Source of the DNA: an uncultured Thermococci archaeon | GTDB taxonomy: Archaea > CAYQAE01 > CAYVLA01 | Assembly: GCA_964549615.1 (NCBI GenBank) | Contig: CAZJVP010000008.1 | Span: forward strand, 1 to 13,882 | Reading direction: 5' to 3' | DNA: 13,882 nucleotides | Part shown: positions 1 to 8,175 of the stretch, piece after piece | How positions within the stretch are numbered: position 1 is the stretch's first letter | How the letters are laid out: every line of letters starts with the position of its first letter | Made by a program: the position numbers and the translations under genes | The notes under the pieces: generated by a model | The model's database searches: none | The model's input: the letters and a program-made list of their open reading frames with translations, nothing else | What the model was told of the DNA's origin: nothing

Positions 1-143
1 GCCCCCTCGGATTCGACGACGGCGGCCCGCGCAAACAGCGGATCCAACACGCGCTCGGAGACGAGGATTTTCATCCAACCTATCTTCATCGTTCCGATCG
101 GCGGCGTGATATCGGTCTCTGCAAACCCAGCCCTAACAGCCAT
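1..143 (-). CDS. Neutral/alkaline non-lysosomal ceramidase N-terminal-like protein (5' part only; runs off the left edge)
   Basis: Hand translation from ATG at 143 gives MAVRAGFAETDITPPIGTMKIGWMKILVSERVLDPLFARAAVVESEG.... This matches the 'AGfa..DITP..g....G.......v.DpL.ara.v' N-terminus typical of prokaryotic ceramidase-like hydrolases. Not in the ORF track because it is truncated. Confidence 0.75.
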   Translation of the reverse strand, partial: MAVRAGFAETDITPPIGTMKIGWMKILVSERVLDPLFARAAVVESEG

Positions 144-230
144 GGACCGTTTGGTGAGCTTCTAGCTGATCAAGGTTTTGCCCCTCATCGGCTATCGGCC
201 CGCAAGCGTTCGCTATCCTTGTGCCGGCGA

Positions 231-1493
231 TCACGGGCCGAGTTGGTCAATGTTCTCCATCACCTTGCGGATCCCCTCCGCCATCAGCTCCGCCACCTCA
301 GGCCCGTTCGGCGATCTCAGCGGGGTCGTCATTCCCGTGTGGGTGTCGCAGTGCCTCTGGGCCACGGGGTATGCGTGGACGTCGTAGGCTACGGGCCGCG
401 CATGGGGACACCCCCACGGACAGCCACGGCCGTACCCGTTCCTGGCCTGAAAGACCGTCATCGCGGGAAGAATGAAGGACTGCCATATCCCCGTCTCGAC
501 GCCCTCGGCCGTCAACGCCTTCACTATCCTTTTCCGAAACGCTGCGGCATCGTGGCGGTGGCCGAGCGCCTCGACGTCGAAACGAATCGTGTAGTTGTAC
601 CAGTTGTGGTCGTACCCGTGCGGCTCCTGGGGCAGGATGAGGTTGGGCACGTCCTCTAGGCATTCCGCAAGCCTCAATGCGTTCCGCCTCTGCTCCGAAA
701 GGTACCTGTCCAGCTTCCTCAGCTGGGCCCTGCCGAAAGCCGCCGTGAGATCGTTGTTGCGGTACATCCACCCCAGCGCGTACGCGTGATAGTCCCTCGA
801 TTCGACCGGGCTCCTTGTTTCGCCGAACGACCAGAGTTGCTTGGCCTTGGCCAGCATCTCTTCGTCGTCCGTCACGAACATGCCTCCCTCGCCGGAGCAG
901 AGGACCTTGTTCTGGTTGAAGCTGAAAGCCGCACAGTGACCCAGCGTGCCGACCTTCCTGCCCTTGTACCGCGCACCGTGGGCCTGACAAGCATCCTCGA
1001 TGACCTTCAGGTCATGATCCTCGGCGATCTCCATCACGCGCCCCATGTCCATCGGCAGCCCGTGTAGATGCACCGCCATGATGGCCTTCGTCCTCGGCGT
1101 GATCGCATCCTCGATCTTCTCCACGTCCATGTTCATCGTGTCGAAGTCGATATCCACGAAAACCGGGATGCAGTTGTGGTGTAGGACGCAGGTTGCGGAA
1201 GACGACCAAGAATAGGCTGGAACCAAGACCTCGTCCCCAGCCTGGCAATCGCACGCGACGACCGCCATGTGGAGCGCGGCCGTGCCCGAGTTCGTCGTTA
1301 TGGCGTATCTATTCCCGTTCCATGCGGCGAACTCCTGCTCGAAGGCCACGCAGTTCGGCCCGAAGGCGTGGTTATCTCCCTCAAGGGATGCAAGGACCAT
1401 CCTCCGATCCACATCATCTATGGGAGGCCACCTTTTCACCGTCCCATCGGGAACGGCCTTCGGGCCCCCGTTGATTGCCAGCTTGTTGCGCAT
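231..1493 (-). CDS. DegT/DnrJ/EryC1/StrS family PLP-dependent aminotransferase
   Basis: 420 aa. Family motifs: N-terminal KLAINGG, NSGTAALH, GDEVLVP, PVFVDID, VHLHGLP, IEDACQAHGA, FSFNQNK (PLP lysine) followed by SGEGG. Confidence 0.93.
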   Translation of the reverse strand: MRNKLAINGGPKAVPDGTVKRWPPIDDVDRRMVLASLEGDNHAFGPNCVAFEQEFAAWNGNRYAITTNSGTAALHMAVVACDCQAGDEVLVPAYSWSSSATCVLHHNCIPVFVDIDFDTMNMDVEKIEDAITPRTKAIMAVHLHGLPMDMGRVMEIAEDHDLKVIEDACQAHGARYKGRKVGTLGHCAAFSFNQNKVLCSGEGGMFVTDDEEMLAKAKQLWSFGETRSPVESRDYHAYALGWMYRNNDLTAAFGRAQLRKLDRYLSEQRRNALRLAECLEDVPNLILPQEPHGYDHNWYNYTIRFDVEALGHRHDAAAFRKRIVKALTAEGVETGIWQSFILPAMTVFQARNGYGRGCPWGCPHARPVAYDVHAYPVAQRHCDTHTGMTTPLRSPNGPEVAELMAEGIRKVMENIDQLGP

Positions 1494-1570
1494 GTTCTCA
1501 CGACCAAGGACCCATCCCGTAATGCTGGGCCCGTCCTACCTTCACGAACCAGCAGGCGGCATCGCGTGCC

Positions 1571-1580
1571 TATTTAATTG
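1571..1580. promoter_or_regulatory. AT-rich TATA-like box in the divergent degT / URO-D intergenic region
   Basis: TATTTAATTG (TTAAATA on the minus strand) is an AT island in GC-rich DNA between divergent genes. Which gene it serves is not resolved. Confidence 0.3.
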
Positions 1581-1734
1581 ATCGGTCCGCGAGAGACATG
1601 CCCCAGAAGGGCCATGAATCGTGGATGGCGAGGTTGAACCTCCTTGTCTGTCCCGAACATGGAATCCGGCCTGCGTGAAGGTAAAATTAAGAAACGACGC
1701 TCATCCGAAGGGAGAAGTTCGCAAGCACGGGGCA

Positions 1735-2745
1735 ATGACGACATTGACGCTATGCAAGGAAGCAGAAGATCTGCAGCGGCTGTTGCGCGGCGGCCGGGTC
1801 TACAAACCTCCCTTCTGGGAGGTCTGGTTCGGGATGGAGAAGTTCTTCGCCAAGCGCTACGGAGAGGTTAACGTCCCTAACCGGATAAGGATGGCCAAGG
1901 ATCTGGGAATGGCGATAGTCTGTCTGGGAGGCATCAACATAAATGCAGGCTTCCACAAGCACGGGCAGACAAGCTCCGGGGTTGCGCGCTACTGCGGCGG
2001 GTCTCTTACCAGCCTGAAGCAGCTCGAGGAAAGGGAGCTTCCCAACTTCGACAAAACCATAGAACAGTGGAAGCACGACCAAGGACTGATCAGGGACGCA
2101 GGGTTGATCTCCTGGGTGGTGGTCCCATGGTGCTTCCACACGATAGCGACCTCGATGGGGCTGCGAAACTTCATAATCAAGCTCCACAAAGATTACGAAT
2201 TCGTGGACCGGGCTTTGGAGTGGGTTGAGGAACGCACCCGCTTAGGCATCGACACCGCGATCAAAGAGGCGAGGCCCGATGTGGTGCTCTTCGACGGCGA
2301 CTGCGCCTACCAGACGGGGCTGATGGTTCATCCCACCATCTTTCGCCGCCTCGTCTTCGAAAGGACGAAGGAGACCCTGTCCCATCTCAAACCCCTTGGC
2401 ATACCTTACGCCTTCCATACCGACGGCAAGCTCGACGACGTGATACCGCTTCTGGTGGACCTCGGCTTCTCGGCCGTCCACGGCTGCGAGAAGGCGGCAA
2501 ACGACCTAGGAGATCTCGTCAGAAGATTCGGGGACCAGATCGTGCTAGTGGGAAACATGGATGTGACCTTCCTCTACCTTTCAACCCCTGAGCAGGTCCG
2601 CCGCGAGACCGAGTCCATGCTCAGGATCGGAAGCCGGAAGGGAAGGTTCGTTGCAGCGTGCAACACGAGTCCTCTTGACAACATACCGGAGGAGAACTAT
2701 CTGGCGATGGTGCAGTCCATCAGGGAGTTCTCTCCCAATGGCTGA
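1735..2745 (+). CDS. Uroporphyrinogen decarboxylase family protein (URO-D/MtaA-CmuA-like TIM barrel), function unassigned
   Basis: Motifs DGDCAYQTGLMVHP, FHTDGKL, LVGNMDV, TPEQVRRE and C-terminal DNIPEENYLAM are typical of URO-D-like proteins. Start moved from GTG 1621 to ATG 1735 (336 aa) because an AT-rich box (TAAAATTAAG, 1682-1691) lies about 45 nt upstream and the extension looks non-conserved. Not called hemE. Confidence 0.82.
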   Translation: MTTLTLCKEAEDLQRLLRGGRVYKPPFWEVWFGMEKFFAKRYGEVNVPNRIRMAKDLGMAIVCLGGININAGFHKHGQTSSGVARYCGGSLTSLKQLEERELPNFDKTIEQWKHDQGLIRDAGLISWVVVPWCFHTIATSMGLRNFIIKLHKDYEFVDRALEWVEERTRLGIDTAIKEARPDVVLFDGDCAYQTGLMVHPTIFRRLVFERTKETLSHLKPLGIPYAFHTDGKLDDVIPLLVDLGFSAVHGCEKAANDLGDLVRRFGDQIVLVGNMDVTFLYLSTPEQVRRETESMLRIGSRKGRFVAACNTSPLDNIPEENYLAMVQSIREFSPNG

Positions 2746-2974
2746 GGCGCCTGAAGACTCGCTCCGGGGCTTGCCGAGAGTTGGGGTAGGCCTCAAGCGC
2801 GCTGCCACGATTGAAACCTTCATGCCACGCAAGCTGCAACTCCTTTGCCAGAGCTGTCACCGATCCTGGGCCTTCGCTGGGATCAGAGGATCTTGCAACC
2901 AGAAGTCGGCAGGCTCGATTCTGGCTCGCAACCATGTGATCTGGAAAGGGTCCCGGCCATCTTCAAGCCGATCA

Positions 2975-3688
2975 TCACGTTAGGTCGCCGCAGGCGCACT
3001 TGACCTCGTGCAGTATGTCCAGAAGCTCGCCAAATCCCTTCCCGGTCTTCGCCGAGACGAGGCAAGGCCTCTGTGCTGGCAGATACTCCTCCATGATCCT
3101 TGCCATCCTGACGTTCAGCTCGTATCTTAGCCCCTCGCCTGCGAGCTCAAGGAATCGTCGCGGATCCTCCAAAAGCGTTCGGACTCTGGCTATTCGCTCC
3201 GGACGCAAGAGATCGATCTTGTTGACCACGTTGACAGCTGCCGTTCCGAGCGAGAACTGCGCGGCGAGCGAGTAGAGGATCAGGCTTGGCAGCGTCTGGA
3301 GGGGCGTTGAGGCGTCTAGGATGTAGATGCAGCAACAGTCGGGAAGCCGGCCAACGATCCGGGGCCCGGCGTCCCTGAAGACGAAGGGTTCCACCTGGCC
3401 CGGCGTATCGAGAAGCACGAAATCGTCCGAGTATCTCGGGATCCTGACGCACGCTAACCTGTCGATTGCCCTAAGCATCGCGCCGTTAGGGCCCAGGCCC
3501 TCCTCCCTCATCACGGCCTCCAGGGTATACTTCGACCTGACGTCGAAGTCCGGGGCGTAGGGCAAGCTCTCCACGCCGGGGTCAAGGTTCACTTGCCTGA
3601 CGCGGTAGCGCCTCGCAAGGAAGGACCCGAACCTCGCGGTGAGCAGGCTCTTGCCCGATCCTGCCGGACCCAACACAAGAACGTACAT
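2975..3688 (-). CDS. GPN-loop GTPase (XAB1/PAB0955-like ATP/GTP-binding protein)
   Basis: 237 aa. P-loop GPAGSGKS, NLDPG, signature GLGPNGA, DTPGQVE, NKID, SAKTG, C-terminal CACGDLT. This family is found in archaea and eukaryotes. Confidence 0.93.
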   Translation of the reverse strand: MYVLVLGPAGSGKSLLTARFGSFLARRYRVRQVNLDPGVESLPYAPDFDVRSKYTLEAVMREEGLGPNGAMLRAIDRLACVRIPRYSDDFVLLDTPGQVEPFVFRDAGPRIVGRLPDCCCIYILDASTPLQTLPSLILYSLAAQFSLGTAAVNVVNKIDLLRPERIARVRTLLEDPRRFLELAGEGLRYELNVRMARIMEEYLPAQRPCLVSAKTGKGFGELLDILHEVKCACGDLT

Positions 3689-3713
3689 GCCCAGGATTGA
3701 TACCAGCCTCAGC

Positions 3714-3723
3714 CAGTTAAAGC
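3714..3723 (-). promoter_or_regulatory. Putative archaeal TATA box of the GPN GTPase gene (probably leaderless transcript)
   Basis: Minus-strand CTTTAACTG, with TTTAAC ending about 28 nt upstream of ATG 3688 and no Shine-Dalgarno before the ATG. Confidence 0.5.
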
Positions 3724-4216
3724 TGACTTCCCTGTGCTCTCCGGACGCCTGAAAAAGGCCGGAAGATTCCTACTTCGTGCCGCGTCCGACGTTGGGTGGA
3801 AGCTAGCCAGGCAAACACCACCGATGCTTTTTGGCCTTGAGGTTGATCCAGCCGTCGATGGCGGAACATGTTGCGTGCGTCCGTGCCGAAGCCGTTGGGA
3901 TGCTAGCAGATCATGAGAGGAAATGCCGATGCCCTAGTAGGAAGGGACCCTCGGCCCTATGATCCATCCCTCTGCGGGGAAGCAATCGGCTCGGATCCTT
4001 GGAAGGCGGAAGCCATGCGGCCACCGGCGAACTCTCCCTCACAGTCCTTGGAACCTTCCGCCCCGCTCTGGTCACAACTCGGGTCGTGCCTCGAGCGGTC
4101 GTGAGAGCACGAAGGGCCGTCCAAGAACCGAAAGCACAACCGACGATCCTTGACGGAACTCAAAGCGCCTTCGACTGGGGCAGGGGCCCTGGACCCCAAG
4201 CCACGATTCTAGCCTT

Positions 4217-5320
4217 CTAAGGATACGCTCTTCCACCGGTGGCCCGATTCACCTCAAGCCCGAGGCGAGCTTCCTCGCTGACGAGCTTGCCTGCAGCCAC
4301 ATCCTCCTCTCGAAAGATTGCCAACAGGATCTGCTTGGCGTAAAACCGCGAGTAGTCATATATGACGTAGATCTTGCCGTCCGGAGCCTGGACCCCGTCT
4401 GGGTAGGACACGCCCTCCCTCTCATCCAAGAGCAGCCCACCTGACCACGTGCGGCCGTCGTCCAACGACAGATACGCGGTTAGGTGTGATCTTCCGGTCC
4501 TTCGTGTGATGGGGCCATGCTTGACGAGGAGCAAGTTGCCGGAGAGCAGGCGGCGAATGAAGAAGCGAGCTGTTGCATGCTGGATTTCGGACGGGTTCAG
4601 TTCGTCCCATGTCCTGCCCCCGTCGGCGGAGTGGCTCTCGCCGATTCCGTAGTCGGTTCGCACCAGCATCCAGAGGCGCCCATCACCCTTCTCCACCACC
4701 ATGTGCTCGGAGAAGGAACCCTCGGGCACGACGGGTCCGCCCCTCCTCATCCAAGTACTTCCGCAATCAGTCGATGCGAAGACGTTGGGTCGCTTCTCTT
4801 CCTCAGGCACATCGGAGCGTTTGCTTGACCGCCACACGCACGCTGGAAGCAACCACTCGCCGCTGCCAAGCACCGTCGGCTTGTTCATCGCAACGCCGTT
4901 GCACAGCCGTCGGGGATCAGACCATCTGGGGCTTTCCGATCCGGAGTCGGAAGTCTGGATCACCCATACCCCGGCTCGCCCGTCGAAGCGGTGATAGCTC
5001 TGGGCCCAGAAAAGCCACAGCCGTCCTCGGGGATCGTGCCAAAGACAGGGGTCAAAGGCCCTCACTGGGTCAGGAGGGTCGATGACCACCTTCAGGTCCG
5101 ACCATGTCTCTCCGTCATCACCGCTGGTAGCTAGCATGACGTAGTTCTCATCTCCCTCGCCGGTGCCTCCGCCATACCACACGGCCCACAACCTTCCGTT
5201 GGCTGCACGCTCGATCCCGGGAATCCCTTGGAACATACGACGGCAATTCCCATACCCGGGACCGGGAGACGTATTCACGTACGCGGGCTGCAGCGCCGGG
5301 TCATCCGGGGAAACGGCCAT
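4217..5320 (-). CDS. BNR/Asp-box repeat beta-propeller, exo-alpha-sialidase (GH33)-like protein
   Basis: 367 aa. Four Asp-boxes (SGDDGETWS, STDCGSTW, SADGGRTW, SLDDGRTWS), plus FSEH, LVRT and SYPD motifs. No evident signal peptide. Confidence 0.85.
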   Translation of the reverse strand: MAVSPDDPALQPAYVNTSPGPGYGNCRRMFQGIPGIERAANGRLWAVWYGGGTGEGDENYVMLATSGDDGETWSDLKVVIDPPDPVRAFDPCLWHDPRGRLWLFWAQSYHRFDGRAGVWVIQTSDSGSESPRWSDPRRLCNGVAMNKPTVLGSGEWLLPACVWRSSKRSDVPEEEKRPNVFASTDCGSTWMRRGGPVVPEGSFSEHMVVEKGDGRLWMLVRTDYGIGESHSADGGRTWDELNPSEIQHATARFFIRRLLSGNLLLVKHGPITRRTGRSHLTAYLSLDDGRTWSGGLLLDEREGVSYPDGVQAPDGKIYVIYDYSRFYAKQILLAIFREEDVAAGKLVSEEARLGLEVNRATGGRAYP

Positions 5321-5326
5321 GCATGT

Positions 5327-5365
5327 CTCCTCCTCGAACCGAGGCTTGCCTCCGCACTGTTAAAT
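5327..5365 (-). promoter_or_regulatory. TATA-like box and Shine-Dalgarno of the BNR gene
   Basis: Minus-strand ATTTAAC at 5359-5365 and GAGGAGGAG at 5327-5335, 6 nt before ATG 5320. Confidence 0.55.
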
Positions 5366-5389
5366 GTCGACAGGCGTCACGGTACGGGG

Positions 5390-6664
5390 TCACTGCGCCA
5401 TTACCTGATCGGATAGCCTTGTTGTCACCACTTCCCTGTAGAGCCTGCGTTGGACCATGACCGACCACAGCACGAACGCACAGACCAGGCTTGTCCCAGT
5501 CACCGCCAGCCACTCGATTACGTAGACCCAGAGCAGGGTGCGATCCTTCAGTTTCATGGCCTCCTTCTCCAGCTCCCCAAGCATCCCATCCACCTGCCGG
5601 TAGGCGTCCAGCGTCTCGTCGAAGCGAAGCTGCAGGTACATCGGCCTGGCGCTGGACGCCGTCCGGTCAAGATCGTCGATCTTGGAGATGATCTTCGCCG
5701 TGTTCGCGCCGAAGCGGTCGCAAAACTCAAGAAGCGTTAGAAGGAGGGACTTCTTCATGTTCACCTCGAGCATCTTGGCTCTCAACGAGTGCACCAGGTT
5801 GATGTCCTGCGGCACGGGCCGGCGGTTCAGATAGATCATCAGGTTGCAGCCGAAATCGATGGCATACTCCCACGGTTCATTCCCGTAGAAGGAGGCGATC
5901 TCGCTCGTGTAGGCAAAAACCCGCGATCCATTCCCAACCTCCCAGTCCAACATCGCTGGGTGGTCGTTGTACCCGATGCTCTCGAAGTGGGCCAACACTT
6001 GGGCCCCGGGCCTGGCCCTAACCAAGTTGTGGTGGGCGTTCGTCATGAACGCGAGCCTTTTGTTCCAAGAAAGGCTGCCCACGAACTCGTGGTCCAGACC
6101 AGTGACGACCAAGTAGATCCCATAACGCGGGTACTCAACCCAGGTGTCGGTCACAACGTCCGTCGGCAATAGGTCCCCGATGCTGGTATCGCCCCAGCTC
6201 GGCCGGGCGAAGGATCCGCCGAAGCTCTCCCACCCGCCGCCCATGAATAGCCCCATGCCCCTCTCCCGGACTCCCCTGGCCAACATCTCGATGTTGCTGG
6301 GTCCCACGGCCTCCCGATTGGCGTTGGACAGCACGATAACGTCGAAGCGCGAGATCAGCTGCTGGTATGTGCGAGGCATGTACAACCTGACCAACCTATA
6401 GACCGCCGGCTCCCCGGAGGCCTGCTGCGCGGGCCCGAAGGCGGCCAGATCGCGGAGCGTTGCCTGCACGAAGCTTACGGAGAAGAGGGGGTCGAACCTC
6501 ATGTCCCAGAAGGGGCGGGAGCGAAGCATGCAACCCACGTAGAGCACGCCGATCCGTCCGTCCTCAAGCGCATGGGCGGAAGGACCAAGAGCCAGGACGA
6601 CGAGCCCGCACCGAAGGCCCAGGAGAACGTTCGCCCCTTGGTTGCGGCGCCGGTACAATCTCAT
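5390..6664 (-). CDS. Exported, C-terminally membrane-anchored GATase1-like (DUF1355-type) domain protein, paralog A
   Basis: From ATG 6664 (424 aa; GGGTGG SD-like and GAAGATATTTT box upstream): signal-peptide-like N-terminus (MRLYRRR...LVVLALGPSAHA), then FDVIVLSN, GMGLFMGGGWESFGG, SWGDTSIGDLLP. A helical region follows, then a hydrophobic segment LWVYVIEWLAVTGTSLVCAFVLWSVMV and the tail QRRLYREVVTTRL. The ORF track start at 6769 is an alternative. Confidence 0.8.
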   Translation of the reverse strand: MRLYRRRNQGANVLLGLRCGLVVLALGPSAHALEDGRIGVLYVGCMLRSRPFWDMRFDPLFSVSFVQATLRDLAAFGPAQQASGEPAVYRLVRLYMPRTYQQLISRFDVIVLSNANREAVGPSNIEMLARGVRERGMGLFMGGGWESFGGSFARPSWGDTSIGDLLPTDVVTDTWVEYPRYGIYLVVTGLDHEFVGSLSWNKRLAFMTNAHHNLVRARPGAQVLAHFESIGYNDHPAMLDWEVGNGSRVFAYTSEIASFYGNEPWEYAIDFGCNLMIYLNRRPVPQDINLVHSLRAKMLEVNMKKSLLLTLLEFCDRFGANTAKIISKIDDLDRTASSARPMYLQLRFDETLDAYRQVDGMLGELEKEAMKLKDRTLLWVYVIEWLAVTGTSLVCAFVLWSVMVQRRLYREVVTTRLSDQVMAQ

Positions 6665-6777
6665 CGCCACCCAATCCGACCTAGTTTTCTCGGGCCGGCG
6701 CACCAAAATATCTTCCGTTTCAGACATCCCACCCATCGACCATGACTCCGCGTGAGCGGCGAGCAGCAAGCAGTCAA

Positions 6778-6804
6778 CGGAACGTTCCGGAAGGAAACGT
6801 TACA
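6778..6804. promoter_or_regulatory. Tandem AACGTT-centred palindromic operator-like sites upstream of the fucosidase
   Basis: Perfect 12-bp palindrome CGGAACGTTCCG (6778-6789) and imperfect GGAAACGTTACA (6793-6804), followed by AT-rich GATAATT (6810-6816), in the divergent paralog A / fucosidase intergenic region. Confidence 0.5.
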
Positions 6805-6850
6805 CAACAGATAATTGGACGGTTGCGCCGACGCAGGCGAGGCACTACAT

Positions 6851-8047
6851 ATGACCCCGACGCAGGAGGAACCGAGGGTGAAATGGTGGACGGATGCCCG
6901 CTTCGGGATGTTCATCCACTGGGGACTGTACTCCACCCAAGGGCGCGGCGAGTGGATCATGTATCAGGAGCACATCCCGCCCGAGGAGTACCGGCAACTC
7001 GCCCGGCAGTTTACCGCCGAGCACTATGATCCCGCCGAGTGGGTCGCCGTCGCAAAGGATGCCGGAATGAGGTACGTCGTCATCACGACCAGGCACCACG
7101 AAGGCTTCTGCCTGTTCGACAGCCAGGTCTCCGATTTCAACGCGGCGAGGACGCCGGCAGGGAGGGATCTCATCGCCGAATTCGTGAGAGCCTGTCGGGC
7201 CGCGCGCGTGCGAATAGGATTCTACTACTCGCTCGTCGACTGGCGATTCCCGGGCGTCCTACCCCACCAACCCAGGAAACCGGACTCCGTGTACCTTCGA
7301 ATGGTGGAGCAGGCCCACGCCCAGGTGCGCGAGCTGTGCACCAACTACGGCCGAATCGACATCCTCTGGTACGACATGATGGTTCCCCACGACCCGGAGC
7401 TGTGGCGTTCCCGGGAGTTGAACGAGATGGTCAGAGAGCTTCAGCCCGACATCATAATCAACGACAGGGCCGGCCTTCCTTGCGACTTCGCCACGCCCGA
7501 GAACGTCGTTGCACCGCAGGCCCGCCCGTGGGAGTCGTGCTATACGATGAACCGCACCTGGGGCCACGCAACCTACGACCGGAACTACAAGTCCACCCAG
7601 GAGATCCTCCGGCTGCTTGCGTCATGCGCATCTCAGAACGGAAACCTCCTACTGAACGTCGCTCCGGACGGCGAAGGAAGGTTCCCAGCAGAGGCCGTCG
7701 AGAGGCTCCGCGGGGTCGGCCAATGGATGCGGGTCAACGGCAAGGCCATATACGGAGCACGCGCCTCCCCCGTAGGCGTCCCCGCATTGGGCGTAGCGAC
7801 GCGCGTAGCCGACAAGGTCTACTTCCTCGTCCAGCGCTGGCCCGGGTCCACCCTTCCCTTCGCATGGTGCGGCAGCAAGGTTAAGGCAGCTCGCCTGCTA
7901 TCCGACGGCAGGGAGGCCAGGATCGAGCAGAAAGGTGACCGCGTCTGGCTACACGGCTTCCCCCAGTATCCCCCGGACCCCAATCTCAGCGTCGTTGAGC
8001 TGGAGTTCGAGGGCGAGCCGCGCCCCTCGGATCCTCCGTACTCCTAG
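6851..8047 (+). CDS. Alpha-L-fucosidase, glycoside hydrolase family 29
   Basis: 398 aa from ATG 6851. Motifs WWTDARFGMFIHWGLYS, TTRHHEGFCLF, GFYYSLVDW, ILWYD (nucleophile Asp), IINDR, WESCYTM, GNLLLNVAP. No signal peptide. Confidence 0.93.
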   Translation: MTPTQEEPRVKWWTDARFGMFIHWGLYSTQGRGEWIMYQEHIPPEEYRQLARQFTAEHYDPAEWVAVAKDAGMRYVVITTRHHEGFCLFDSQVSDFNAARTPAGRDLIAEFVRACRAARVRIGFYYSLVDWRFPGVLPHQPRKPDSVYLRMVEQAHAQVRELCTNYGRIDILWYDMMVPHDPELWRSRELNEMVRELQPDIIINDRAGLPCDFATPENVVAPQARPWESCYTMNRTWGHATYDRNYKSTQEILRLLASCASQNGNLLLNVAPDGEGRFPAEAVERLRGVGQWMRVNGKAIYGARASPVGVPALGVATRVADKVYFLVQRWPGSTLPFAWCGSKVKAARLLSDGREARIEQKGDRVWLHGFPQYPPDPNLSVVELEFEGEPRPSDPPYS

Positions 8048-8175
8048 AGCGATCGCTTCGGGCTGCCGGTTTGGGCCAGGAAACCTTCAAGAGTGCGAGG
8101 TCCAAGCCGAAGCAATACGGCGCTTCGATCAAGAGACGAACAGAGTCGGTGCACGAGCATTTGGCCGAAAGGTTG

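Noticed and set aside
1735-2745. Naming the URO-D-like gene hemE or mtaA
   Set aside because: The HemE N-terminal RQAGR motif and the MtaA HxC zinc motif (here HTD) are absent, and no corrinoid or heme genes lie nearby.
2810-2817. ATTGAAAC, a common CRISPR repeat 3' end
   Set aside because: Single occurrence, no regularly spaced repeats and no cas genes.
7039-7884. 281-aa alternative-frame ORF inside the fucosidase, and similar shadow ORFs such as 298-990, 219-659 and 4573-5085
   Set aside because: Arg/Gly/Pro-rich translations typical of off-frame reading of GC-rich genes; fully overlap well-supported CDSs.
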